Assembly: GCA_026387835.1 (NCBI GenBank)
Contig: JAPLKZ010000007.1
Span: 199,291 to 231,290 of the forward strand
Length of the DNA stretch: 32,000 nt
Origin: Candidatus Saganbacteria bacterium
Lineage (GTDB): Bacteria; Margulisbacteria; WOR-1; JAKLHX01
Direction: 5' to 3'
A program made the translations under genes and the position numbers. The notes below the pieces were generated by a model. It was not told where the DNA came from. It ran no database searches and worked only from the letters and a program-made list of their open reading frames with translations. Positions 23,501-31,786 of the stretch are shown in pieces; the first letter of the stretch is position 1; every line of letters starts with the position of its first letter.

Positions 23501-26500
23501 CTCCTGTACTTGCGGTCTGGTAACTGCAGGTGCGGGGTGTTTAGTTGTTTCGACCTGCGGCTGTTGTATGATCGCCTGCGGTGCGGTTTTCATATTTTGA
23601 ATGATCTTTTCTATCGCTTTGTCTATGGCTACGGATACGGGGATGTTCCTCGGATCGGATGTTTTTACTTGTTCAAGGGCGATCACTATCTGCTGGACGT
23701 TCTCAGGCTTTACCGGCTTTTCAGACTGCTCTATGACGATCGGGATCATCCTTGCCATTTTGTCTATCATATTTGGCTTGCTTCTTATTGCCTGTACCAC
23801 CTGGTCCACCGGCATGTTTCTGACTATATTGGCAACTACCTTGATGGCTACCTCTTTTGCCTTTACATTGTCGGAGGTGTTCTCTACAGCTTCCTTGGCC
23901 CGCGTCAGCTTTTGTGCAATTACTTCTTTTACCTTGTCATTGACCTGGGCCTTGCTTGCCAGGTCCTTTATACGATCCATGAAATTAACAACATCTTCGG
24001 TATTAGTGAAACTGGCTCCCTTTATCTCCGAGATCATTTCCTTTGCTTTTTTGGCCTCAGTCGGCTGTAGCTTTGCCGCTATCTGTGTCAGAAGCTGTTC
24101 CATAGGCTTCTTTAATGCATTGAGCTGCGTCGTGGTATCAAGTGCGTTCAGTGATGCCCGCTCAGCGACTTCAGCGCTCCTCTTTATCCTGACGGCTGCG
24201 GATAACATCATCATCTCAGCCTTGTTGGCTTTGGGTGCGGTCGCGTTGTTCACTTCCGTTTGTACTTGGGTTATCTCTGCTGCTAAGGTTATATCTTCTA
24301 GCATAGTGGCACTGGACATTGCAACTGTTGAAGCTCTTGGTGTTTGCACGGTGTCATTGGATCTATCCGATCTTGCGGCAGCCGGTGTCTGGTTGACGGC
24401 CGGCGTCATCAGTTTGCTCATGATCCTCTCGGCTATCTCCGCCGCTCTGACGGCTTGGTTTGTATCCTTGGCCACGGTGATCACCTGCTGTTGTTTCTGC
24501 GGTTCAAGCCTTATTATGATCATTGCCGCCTGCGATGGCTCCATATCTTTAACTGCGGGCACTATCATCTGCGCGGGCAGCACTTCAAGCATCTTTGCCG
24601 CTTCTGAGGCCGATATCTCGCTCGTCGAGACTTTAGCCACTATCTTGGAGGCCATATTTTGCGCGTTTTTTGCAGCCATCTCGAGCACGGACACGGATTC
24701 TTTCTCCGATCGGGTCATTGATACTGGCGTTCTATCTATGATCGTGCTGAGGACCGACAATAGTTCGCTGGCACTTGTGACATTGTTGGCCTTGACCGCC
24801 TTGTCGGTGGCTGTGGTGATCTGGTTGACCTTGTCTTTTGCTTCCTCGGGCTTTACGATCGCTAACGTCATTACTTCGTTCTGCAGGCTTTGTTTTACAT
24901 TGATCGCTTCACTTCTGACTGCAGGTTTGCTCACAGGTCTTGATGCTGGCTGCGGTTTTTCCACCCTTGTGGCAATATCTGTTAAAATGTCATCGATTAT
25001 TTTATCGACCGCACTTTTGATATTTTCAACATTGGAACGTGTTATTTTTGCGTATTCTGCTGCTGTTTTGTTATACTGCTCTTCCGGGACGATAAGCTTG
25101 ATCAAGGCCAGATTGTTTAATGCATTCGGCATCGTGGAAAGCGCGGATGCTGATAAAGCCTCGCGTATGATATCATTGACGCTGCGAGTTGTCTTTGTTC
25201 TGTCTGCTGGCTTTATCTGCACTTCAGGAGAGACGGTTTGATCTTTGCTCGACGTTAATAATGATATGACATTTGGCGGATGCTGCACCAAGTCCCTCGC
25301 CTTGAGTATTTGAGACTCTTTGGCATTCATTATTCTCTTGGTGAATGCATCGGCGACCTTTTGAAAGTTTGCGGAATCGGTCTTGTAAAGCTTTGCCAAG
25401 GCCTGCCCCTCTGATTTCAGAAAATTGTTTTGCATCTCAAGCTTTTCGCTGGCGCTGGCCTTGCTGAATTTATCCAGGAATTCTTGAGGCATTGTGAGGG
25501 TATTTGTTTTTGTGTCAAATTGCGGTAGTTTCCCTGTGTCCGTGCCCACGACTACGTTGATCTGTTCTTTAGATCCCGAGTTGACATAGAGACTGGCCAT
25601 TTCGTCCCTTCCCGGCTTTTGTATGGAGCCGGCAATTTTGTAAAATTTATCGATATTGGCCTGGGTCAAGTTGTCCGTATTGTACCCTAATTGTTTCAGG
25701 TTATTTTTCGCATCTGCCAATAAGTTCTGGTCCACGGTCTTTCCGTCAGCCTTGTATATGCCCTTAGCGGCGCTCTCCATCGGGTCGTACTTGCCGATGT
25801 TGTTGACGATGCTCATTATCATTTCCTTTATCAGGCCGCTCAGGGTCATTTTCTCATCGAGTTCCCTTAAGAACTGCTGGTAAAAGGCTTCAGCGTCGAA
25901 CATCGCTGTTGACGCGTCCACCTGGGCCTGAAGCTGCAGCTGTTCCGTCATGGCGAAGACGTTTGGTTTTGCGGCCGCGCCGCCGCCGGCTTTGCCTGCG
26001 CCTCCCGCGGCATTGGCTGAACCTCCGGCACTGTCTATATTTAAATTCTTTCCTTCTTTTTTCTTTGCATTGCCCTTGTTTATTGCGTTTGCTATCATCT
26101 TTGCCAGGTTATCGCTGAATAATACAGCGACAAGTGCCTTTGCAACATAGGAAGCGGCTCTACCGCCCATTGCCGGGGTAAGCAGCTTCTGGGCCCAGGT
26201 CGATACAGCGGTGTTCGAGTTTGTCATATTCATGAACCTGTCTTTTCCTTTAAAAAATGAGGATAAATTTGAAAGAGGGCCGCCGCCGTTAGAATTAAAA
26301 AGATGTGAGGCTTTCTTCGCTGCTTCTTGTTTTTCTCTTGCTTCCTTTTGCGCATCAGTTTCTTGTTTGTTAGCATTTTGAGGTTTTTCTGATTGATTTG
26401 GTTGTGTGGATTGACTTTCTGATGTGCCTGATGTGCCTGATGTGCCTGTTGTACCTTCGCCGCCGAATTCTAAACCACCGTCTACCGGGTAAGTCCCGTC

Positions 26501-29500
26501 TGCGCTTCCCTCTTTCTCTTGAACTTGTGTTTTACCGGAAGTATCCGCATTTTTTGCCGGGTCATTTTTCACTTCTTTCGCAGCATCTTTAGAAGGCAAA
26601 CCTTCTGCATTTTCCATTGTATTTGATCCGGGAGTAGTTGTACCTTCGGTACCTCCGGTGGTGACATTACCGCCGGCATCGGCACCTCCCGCGTCGGCAG
26701 CTCCAACGCATGCCGCGACGATCGAGATGACCGCCTTGACTATCGATATGATGAACATGATGTTCGCCATAACGAGTGCTTTCTCGGCATCCCTGATCTG
26801 GTTCATCCTGTCCACGTAGGTATGGAGTGTGTCGAACAGCTGCTGCAGCGCTGTGGTCGAGACTTCCTTGCTCGCTTGAATGCCCATCAGCGTATAATCC
26901 TGGGCATCCAGCGCTATGCCGCCCACGGACCTGAGCACCATGTTCCTTATTCTCCTCTGAGAGTCCATTACTTCCTGTGAAGCTGTCGCGGCGTTATAGG
27001 CCATGTCTATCTCTCTTCTCATGATATAGAAATTGCTTTGGTTCAACCCCACGTAGCCGTCGCTCGTGCTGACGATCAGGTCTTCCGTTGCCTGGGAAAG
27101 GATCTCTTTTAATGATTGATAGAGTTTGTCGAAACGGCCCTGGTCTTTTTGTTTGTCGATGATCTTCAGGACCTCGTCAAGGATATTTGTTTTATACCTG
27201 TCGAGGTCGCCGTACCCGGAATTTTTGTCTTCCTCGGCGCACTTTTTGTTATAGTAAGCCTGCATTATGACGATGGCCGCGATGATGACGGCGGCAACGA
27301 TCGCCCCGACGCCGGTGCAGGCCAGCACTGCGGCGACGATCTCCATTATAATCTTCACTGCCGAGAACCAGAGATTGGTCATTGCCCGGTCAAGCTGCTT
27401 TTCCCACTGTGTCCGTGCGTTATGCGCGCTTATGTTCTCCCGGACCAGTTCCGTCTTCAGTTGAAGTGCCTGCATATATCTTGCGTTCATGGACTTCAGG
27501 CCGTTCGATATGGTCTGGAAATGTCTTGCCGTCCATCCGATTCTTCCCATCAGCTGGAGCATAAGGTCGATGATCTCTTGTCCGGTGGTCTCTATCTGCA
27601 TCATCCCCAGTCCGAGCATAAAAAGCTGCGACATCTCATCGGATAATGCGGTGATCTGTGCCGCGTCGTTCCCCCACATGTCGTCGCCCACGTTTATATG
27701 GGACCCGGTAGTCAGCTGGTCGACAAGGCCTCTGTACTGCGTGGCGATATCGCTGATCGCATCCGCGACCATATTGCCGGTGATGCGTCTTTCTGTTTTA
27801 TTGTCGTAAAATTTATCATCTTCATGATAAAGTTCCGGCTTTTCGTGTTCCAGCAGGTACATAATGTTATAAATTCCATCAAAAAGACCTTGTCCCATCA
27901 TACCGCCTATGATGAAGCCGAGCATATTTGCGAAAAAGCTCCCGATTATTTTTTCTTTTTCAAGTTCCCATTCTCTTTCCTTGTTGTTTTCCTCGACCTC
28001 GTCCCTGAGGCTCTGCATGACGAGGGAAAAAGCCACCTTCATGTCGTCCTCTAAGGTTACTAACGAATCCTCGACTGCCGGAAGCTCTTCGCCCAGCGGG
28101 TTTTGTCCTGTGGCCGCGTAAAGGGCGATCATCACGAGGCGCGCTTTTGATTCCATCACCAGCATATACGCTTTTCTTAAGTTGTCGATGCTCTCGAGCT
28201 TGTCGCCTATACTGTTCAGATATTCTTCGTTCAAAGCTTTGAACCCGTCGCCGACCCCTATTATGCCCCCGTTATAAGCGGTCATGATAAGATCGTTTTC
28301 TTCTTTGTCCAGCTGGTCGAGGATGTTATTGCATATCGACTTCATCGAGATGCCCCACAGGTTCAATGCTTCCTCGACATTGTCGAAATTGATCCTTGTC
28401 GGTGTATACTGGAAATCCTCGATGGTCAACAGATATATGACATCGGTAATTTTTTCCACAAAACTGGCGACAAAAAAAAGTGCGGGGCAGAACAAGCAGA
28501 TGCCGAATGCCGTCCACATCGAGTCCAGCATTTCTTTTGCTTTTTCATGTTCCCACACTGAATAGGCGTATTTGTTGCGCGCCTCTATCTCCAGTTGCAG
28601 CTGGTTTATGTTGGCCAGCAATAATGTTCTTTCGCCGTCCGTGGTGTATTTGAGATAATCAAAGACCATGTTCCATCTTGATGAGTCGGAGGTTATCCCC
28701 GACATTATCTCGATCATCATGGATTTGAGCTTTTCTTTCACGGAGAGCGACATGTAATAGGCTTTTCTCAGGTCGTTGATTATCGTTTGTCCGTGGAGTA
28801 TGGCGTATGCCAGGTCTTTGTTCAGGTCGTAATAACTATTCCCGTAGCCGTTATCGCCGGCTGCTGCCATCAGATACTGGCGGTTGGCCTCGTCCAGATA
28901 ATTCAGTTCGAGTTTGACGAACGGGTCGGCGGTCCTCCTCTTTCTTTCTTCGATCACCACGTCGAGGAAGCCTTTAAGAGTGTCCGTCAGACTGGCCTGC
29001 ACGTCCTTAAATGCTCTATCGATCGCTTCTTTTGCCGCGGTGTATTTTTCCTCGTACTCTCTGTGCGTCGCGTCGAGTCCGATGAAATCAAGAAGTGAAT
29101 TGATACAGCTGGAGGACCCGCCTTGTGCGGAAGCTTGCGCGCCCAGCATTTTTCTGTCATATTCCGCGTTGTTTTTATCATGTATGTAGTTCATCGTGTT
29201 GGTAAATATGAACTTTGGCCCCTGCATATCATGCCTGAAGCCTTTATTTATGATCTCAGTGTATTTGACGTCCCTGGAAGAGGCCTCCTTAGGCCCTTTA
29301 AAAAGCTGGAGAATGTAGCCCTTGATGTTTTCCTTAGTTTCGCCGATCATCGCGATACCGAGAAGCAGCGACCATAATTCCTGCAGCTTGTAATAATAGT
29401 CTTTGAATTTCGGATCAAGCGTGATATAACCGTCGCCGTAATCTGTTGTCCATGTCGATGAGGAATTCCCCGCCAGAAGTATGTCCAGGGTTTGCTTGAT

Positions 29501-29842
29501 CTCCGCTCCGAGCCCTTCTACCGCCTGTGCTACCGCGTCCGGTTCTGCAACCTGATAATTATAATTGACGGGTGTTATCGCGGTGCTTTCGTTATCATAG
29601 GTTAAAGGCTGGTTCACGACATAGTTGCCCTGAGTATCAACAGTGTCAAGTTGTTCGGCATCGAAAACAGTTGCGTTGCTGTCTGTGTTGTCTGATGGAG
29701 TTGATACACCGTCAGCTGATGTGTTTGCCATTAAAGCATCAAAGGTTGATACAGTTGTGGAATAATTGACCTGACCCGTGATATTGGCATTCACGTCAGT
29801 GCGGGTTGTCTGATCAGGAATATCTATAGTTGTAGTGCTCAT
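20519..29842 (-). CDS. Giant 3107-aa protein of unknown function; Ser/Thr-rich N-terminus, helical region with several hydrophobic segments, low-complexity linkers, repetitive Ala/Lys-rich helical C-terminal half
   Basis: Single uninterrupted 9.3-kb ORF; duplicated modules and coherent codon usage; antisense ORFs over it are fragmentary. Confidence 0.93.
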   Translation of the reverse strand: MSTTTIDIPDQTTRTDVNANITGQVNYSTTVSTFDALMANTSADGVSTPSDNTDSNATVFDAEQLDTVDTQGNYVVNQPLTYDNESTAITPVNYNYQVAEPDAVAQAVEGLGAEIKQTLDILLAGNSSSTWTTDYGDGYITLDPKFKDYYYKLQELWSLLLGIAMIGETKENIKGYILQLFKGPKEASSRDVKYTEIINKGFRHDMQGPKFIFTNTMNYIHDKNNAEYDRKMLGAQASAQGGSSSCINSLLDFIGLDATHREYEEKYTAAKEAIDRAFKDVQASLTDTLKGFLDVVIEERKRRTADPFVKLELNYLDEANRQYLMAAAGDNGYGNSYYDLNKDLAYAILHGQTIINDLRKAYYMSLSVKEKLKSMMIEIMSGITSDSSRWNMVFDYLKYTTDGERTLLLANINQLQLEIEARNKYAYSVWEHEKAKEMLDSMWTAFGICLFCPALFFVASFVEKITDVIYLLTIEDFQYTPTRINFDNVEEALNLWGISMKSICNNILDQLDKEENDLIMTAYNGGIIGVGDGFKALNEEYLNSIGDKLESIDNLRKAYMLVMESKARLVMIALYAATGQNPLGEELPAVEDSLVTLEDDMKVAFSLVMQSLRDEVEENNKEREWELEKEKIIGSFFANMLGFIIGGMMGQGLFDGIYNIMYLLEHEKPELYHEDDKFYDNKTERRITGNMVADAISDIATQYRGLVDQLTTGSHINVGDDMWGNDAAQITALSDEMSQLFMLGLGMMQIETTGQEIIDLMLQLMGRIGWTARHFQTISNGLKSMNARYMQALQLKTELVRENISAHNARTQWEKQLDRAMTNLWFSAVKIIMEIVAAVLACTGVGAIVAAVIIAAIVIMQAYYNKKCAEEDKNSGYGDLDRYKTNILDEVLKIIDKQKDQGRFDKLYQSLKEILSQATEDLIVSTSDGYVGLNQSNFYIMRREIDMAYNAATASQEVMDSQRRIRNMVLRSVGGIALDAQDYTLMGIQASKEVSTTALQQLFDTLHTYVDRMNQIRDAEKALVMANIMFIISIVKAVISIVAACVGAADAGGADAGGNVTTGGTEGTTTPGSNTMENAEGLPSKDAAKEVKNDPAKNADTSGKTQVQEKEGSADGTYPVDGGLEFGGEGTTGTSGTSGTSESQSTQPNQSEKPQNANKQETDAQKEAREKQEAAKKASHLFNSNGGGPLSNLSSFFKGKDRFMNMTNSNTAVSTWAQKLLTPAMGGRAASYVAKALVAVLFSDNLAKMIANAINKGNAKKKEGKNLNIDSAGGSANAAGGAGKAGGGAAAKPNVFAMTEQLQLQAQVDASTAMFDAEAFYQQFLRELDEKMTLSGLIKEMIMSIVNNIGKYDPMESAAKGIYKADGKTVDQNLLADAKNNLKQLGYNTDNLTQANIDKFYKIAGSIQKPGRDEMASLYVNSGSKEQINVVVGTDTGKLPQFDTKTNTLTMPQEFLDKFSKASASEKLEMQNNFLKSEGQALAKLYKTDSANFQKVADAFTKRIMNAKESQILKARDLVQHPPNVISLLTSSKDQTVSPEVQIKPADRTKTTRSVNDIIREALSASALSTMPNALNNLALIKLIVPEEQYNKTAAEYAKITRSNVENIKSAVDKIIDDILTDIATRVEKPQPASRPVSKPAVRSEAINVKQSLQNEVMTLAIVKPEEAKDKVNQITTATDKAVKANNVTSASELLSVLSTIIDRTPVSMTRSEKESVSVLEMAAKNAQNMASKIVAKVSTSEISASEAAKMLEVLPAQMIVPAVKDMEPSQAAMIIIRLEPQKQQQVITVAKDTNQAVRAAEIAERIMSKLMTPAVNQTPAAARSDRSNDTVQTPRASTVAMSSATMLEDITLAAEITQVQTEVNNATAPKANKAEMMMLSAAVRIKRSAEVAERASLNALDTTTQLNALKKPMEQLLTQIAAKLQPTEAKKAKEMISEIKGASFTNTEDVVNFMDRIKDLASKAQVNDKVKEVIAQKLTRAKEAVENTSDNVKAKEVAIKVVANIVRNMPVDQVVQAIRSKPNMIDKMARMIPIVIEQSEKPVKPENVQQIVIALEQVKTSDPRNIPVSVAIDKAIEKIIQNMKTAPQAIIQQPQVETTKHPAPAVTRPQVQEEVQKAVSLVISKVAEGKITPEEAATALNNVPAEVTVRAMAKASPEAAAMVIVNLEPGKRHQVIAMANEKQQAIKAVVIAENTRRNQVSPAGIQAQPIIMQDSFRNPRQVEQAPTTEASKEVSTDEEFTRLETDMIRAEMSNMKSLSKASKADTRIVSTVIVIKNGALAAKEASQKAVDPATQLNALKKPMEQLLTQIAEKLPQTEAKKAKDMSSEIKKADFTNTEKVARFISQVKDMANGAKINEKVKEVIAQKLTQAMEAVDNTSVNVRAKDAAQKAVNDIVNNKPVEDVVRAITSKPNMIDKVARMIPAVIEHSEKKVNPENMQQIVIALEEVKAAVPNNIRITVALDKAIEKITQKMEAAPQAVIEPQVKTAVQAAPVVNKPQVKQAESMPTSYTPVKEAQHAPQAMNMKPTTEDKVVQMVMDNPKKAEDVINQIIIVIDDEISANNTAAVKDLVAVLSKVSTDVPKDMNTNVVVSKAEQAVQKAVSQVVSKVIKGEMTATEAAKVLDVVPTQMIVQAVKDKEPTQAAQIILNLEPQKQHQVMAIAKETKQAVKAVEIAENIMRTTQSPVVINQAQAAIRPDTFRDDKQVSRSSTASSVTNETKGVFDENEMKKIEAEINADKNNKLNNEDASILRIAIGIKNRADNAKRISASGNETEAQIKSLKKPIEQFLNSISAKLDPTSAANAKNIIYGLKQKNFSKPEEAQDTLTQVKALVTGSNIKESTKQLVISKLENAVESLQNTSTNITCKQAAQTALKLLEGNASNDYIAKMILENPAIAASKIIGMISTLTDKPDINVSMPKLLNLVSTISNLPGSPALKDETDKIMRKMFDQINSQLFMTATVKDPADQDIVKPKIEQVAVSSILTFATKESAKVALSQIIANGMGPEETAKFLRNFKPEVAAYILSVLETKDAIAVLSQLALVSNSEYVKKAILRVDNDSIGKDLKAKIEDMLNSKDSNTICAGSIKKIDPITGEPDKNGNNNFMC
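20730..24680 (-). repeat. Internal protein/DNA repeats in giant ORF (module A about 24126, 22960, 21510; module B about 24600, 23400, 21980, 20800)
   Basis: A: TTQLNALKKPMEQLLTQIAAKL / ATQLNALKKPMEQLLTQIAEKL / EAQIKSLKKPIEQFLNSISAKL. B: SEAAKMLEVLPAQMIV.. / PEEAATALNNVPAEVTV.. / ATEAAKVLDVVPTQMIV.. / PEETAKFLRNFKPEVAAYIL... DNA 24081-24131 matches 22912-22962 at 48 of 51 bases. Confidence 0.9.
26421..26448 (+). repeat. Tandem 9-nt microrepeat (gatgtgcct x3) encoding GTSGTSGTS linker
   Basis: Read directly: gatgtgcctgatgtgcctgatgtgcctg. Confidence 0.85.
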
Positions 29843-29965
29843 ATAATATATATATTTACGGGTCTATATATATATCGTTGTATTGAAGCTAAAACTTGCG
29901 GGGAATAATGGGTCATTTTTGGCTGTTTAATGGCAAAATAATAGCGATTTATTAGCTGATTATTT

Positions 29966-31135
29966 TCAGGTATTTGCTTTTCTTGCTTTGTTATCTGACC
30001 CGATAGCCATTGCTATCGAACGGGCGATCTCTTCCGGTGTGTTGAGGGTTGGATAAGTTAAAACTTCATTCATTCTTTTTCGTGCGTTTGACGACGCGAA
30101 AGTTGTTTCAAGTGACTTCATAAATTCCTGTGCCCTTAAACGGACCTTTTCCGTTATTTTTGAATCCGCTAATTTTTGTTCGTGCCTCTTCTCATATGCT
30201 GTTTCATTCTCTTTCTCATCTGCCTTTCTTGCCTCGATAATGCCGGCCAATATTCTTTTAGCCATCCTCAGAGCTGACTCGTACACTTCAGTTGCCGCAG
30301 TCCATATTTTTGTAATTATTGTTATAACTTTAGGCATGTCTGCGTCAACAGCGGTTTCGTTCTTTGCTATTTGCGGCATTTCCTTGATCGGTGTCGCTGA
30401 AATGGCGCGCATCTGCTCCAATAAAGCGGGATCAATTTTAATGTCATTTTCTGTTGCGATAGATATAAGTTTGGTTGCCTGCTCCCCGCATGCTGTGATC
30501 TCTTTTTCGATCATCGATCTGGCCGGTTGCTTGTCTTTAAACTTTTCTCGCATTGCATTAAGCATATCATTCATCTTTTTGATGGCCTCAGCATCACCAG
30601 TGATGACTATGATCACATATTGTTTATTATGGTTTTTCAGGATTATTTCGGTCTGGACTGCGATTTGAGAATTGTAGCCGGATTCTTGAGCGTGATAAGA
30701 TGATAGTAATTCTTTTAAACTTATAGAATCGTCATTATGCCCGCAATATCCCAAAAAATCCTGTTTTGATCTTCTCAATGATTGTTCTGTTCTTATTCGG
30801 TTTTCTGTTGCACCGTTATTTCCTTCACCTTCTTGTTTCCTGAAATTAAGAATGGCTTCCTGGTGTTTTTTCATTTCCGACAGATAGCTGCGACCTACGG
30901 CAAAAGGTCTCATATAGGAAATAGTGTCGATCATAAAAGAAAAACGCTCCGTAGTCGCGAAAGGGAACTTTTCCTGTTCTTGCGTAAAAGAACCGAGTAC
31001 CCTGTAAGCAGGTCTTGATAGGTCGGGAACAGGTGTAATGACAGTTCTTGGCGTTGCCGTTGTACGCGATGTTAAGCCGTTCCCGGTTTCCTGTATCTTA
31101 GGATCGGTTTTAACAAGCGCAGGATCGGGCAACAT
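29966..31135 (-). CDS. Hypothetical protein, 389 aa, helical, cytoplasmic-looking
   Basis: Long ORF with SD-like GGGAG before the ATG; same strand as and immediately upstream of the giant ORF. Confidence 0.85.
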   Translation of the reverse strand: MLPDPALVKTDPKIQETGNGLTSRTTATPRTVITPVPDLSRPAYRVLGSFTQEQEKFPFATTERFSFMIDTISYMRPFAVGRSYLSEMKKHQEAILNFRKQEGEGNNGATENRIRTEQSLRRSKQDFLGYCGHNDDSISLKELLSSYHAQESGYNSQIAVQTEIILKNHNKQYVIIVITGDAEAIKKMNDMLNAMREKFKDKQPARSMIEKEITACGEQATKLISIATENDIKIDPALLEQMRAISATPIKEMPQIAKNETAVDADMPKVITIITKIWTAATEVYESALRMAKRILAGIIEARKADEKENETAYEKRHEQKLADSKITEKVRLRAQEFMKSLETTFASSNARKRMNEVLTYPTLNTPEEIARSIAMAIGSDNKARKANT

Positions 31136-31202
31136 ATATTATCTCCCTATTTATATATCGATGGTAAGATCGCGAAATTTCATTATATTCTAATTTTCTT
31201 TA

Positions 31203-31499
31203 CTAAACCGGCTTATCTGGACTGAATATATTGCTTTTGTCCGGTTTCTTTGCCTGTTCAGGCGTCATTTCTTTGTCTTTAATGACAGGAAGGCTATTAT
31301 TCAGTTTACCTTGGTAATAGTTTTCCACGACTGCCTGTAAACCATTCATCACTAATTCTGGCATGTTCGCTATTGCTGCTGCCGCGCTATTTACTATATC
31401 TAATCTTGCCTGTGCCACTCTTGCCTGTCCCGGTTCGCCATATAATTTCTGTATTGGCGGTGATCCTTGTTGTTTAGCTTGTATATATATATATGTCAT
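31203..31499 (-). CDS. Hypothetical small protein, 98 aa
   Basis: SD-like aggag upstream on the minus strand (gtgtaggagaaaaacaATG); in line with the neighbouring ORFs. Confidence 0.75.
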   Translation of the reverse strand: MTYIYIQAKQQGSPPIQKLYGEPGQARVAQARLDIVNSAAAAIANMPELVMNGLQAVVENYYQGKLNNSLPVIKDKEMTPEQAKKPDKSNIFSPDKPV

Positions 31500-31509
31500 T
31501 GTTTTTCTC

Positions 31510-31773
31510 CTACACTACCCTTCCCGTTCCTTCATCCGAAGATGCGATCCCTACTCTGTTCACAGGGAGTGGCGTCTTATCGAAGCCCGCCAATCTCTGG
31601 ATATTCTTCACTGTCTCAAAGGCTCCTTTTACTTGTCCAAACTGTTTTATTGCTTCTGTCAGGCTCGCAAGAGCAAGCCATTTGCTATCCTCCGTTTTTG
31701 CCGGCACGCCACCATTGCCTTTGATTCCCGCCATAAATATTGTCCCATTGATCGGATCCATATCCATGCCCAT
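31510..31773 (-). CDS. Hypothetical small protein, 87 aa (start MGMDMDPINGTIFMAG; ORF track start 31806 judged too long)
   Basis: Strong SD AAGGAGG (tcgtaaggaggataatattATGGGC) before ATG at 31773. Confidence 0.8.
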   Translation of the reverse strand: MGMDMDPINGTIFMAGIKGNGGVPAKTEDSKWLALASLTEAIKQFGQVKGAFETVKNIQRLAGFDKTPLPVNRVGIASSDEGTGRVV

Positions 31774-31786
31774 AATATTATCCTCC

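Noticed and set aside
23601-25241. 546-aa plus-strand ORF opposite the giant gene
   Set aside because: It is the antisense shadow of the Ala/Lys/Ile-rich repeat region. Its translation is low-complexity Ser/Ile/Leu/Ala with no domain, and it mirrors the sense repeats. Other plus-strand ORFs from 20490 to 29769 are the same kind of artefact.
31130-31160. Alternating AT tracts near 31130-31160 and 31480-31500 as CRISPR or phage-like repeats
   Set aside because: They are short AT-rich stretches in a leader or in coding sequence (MTYIYI); no spaced direct repeats are present.
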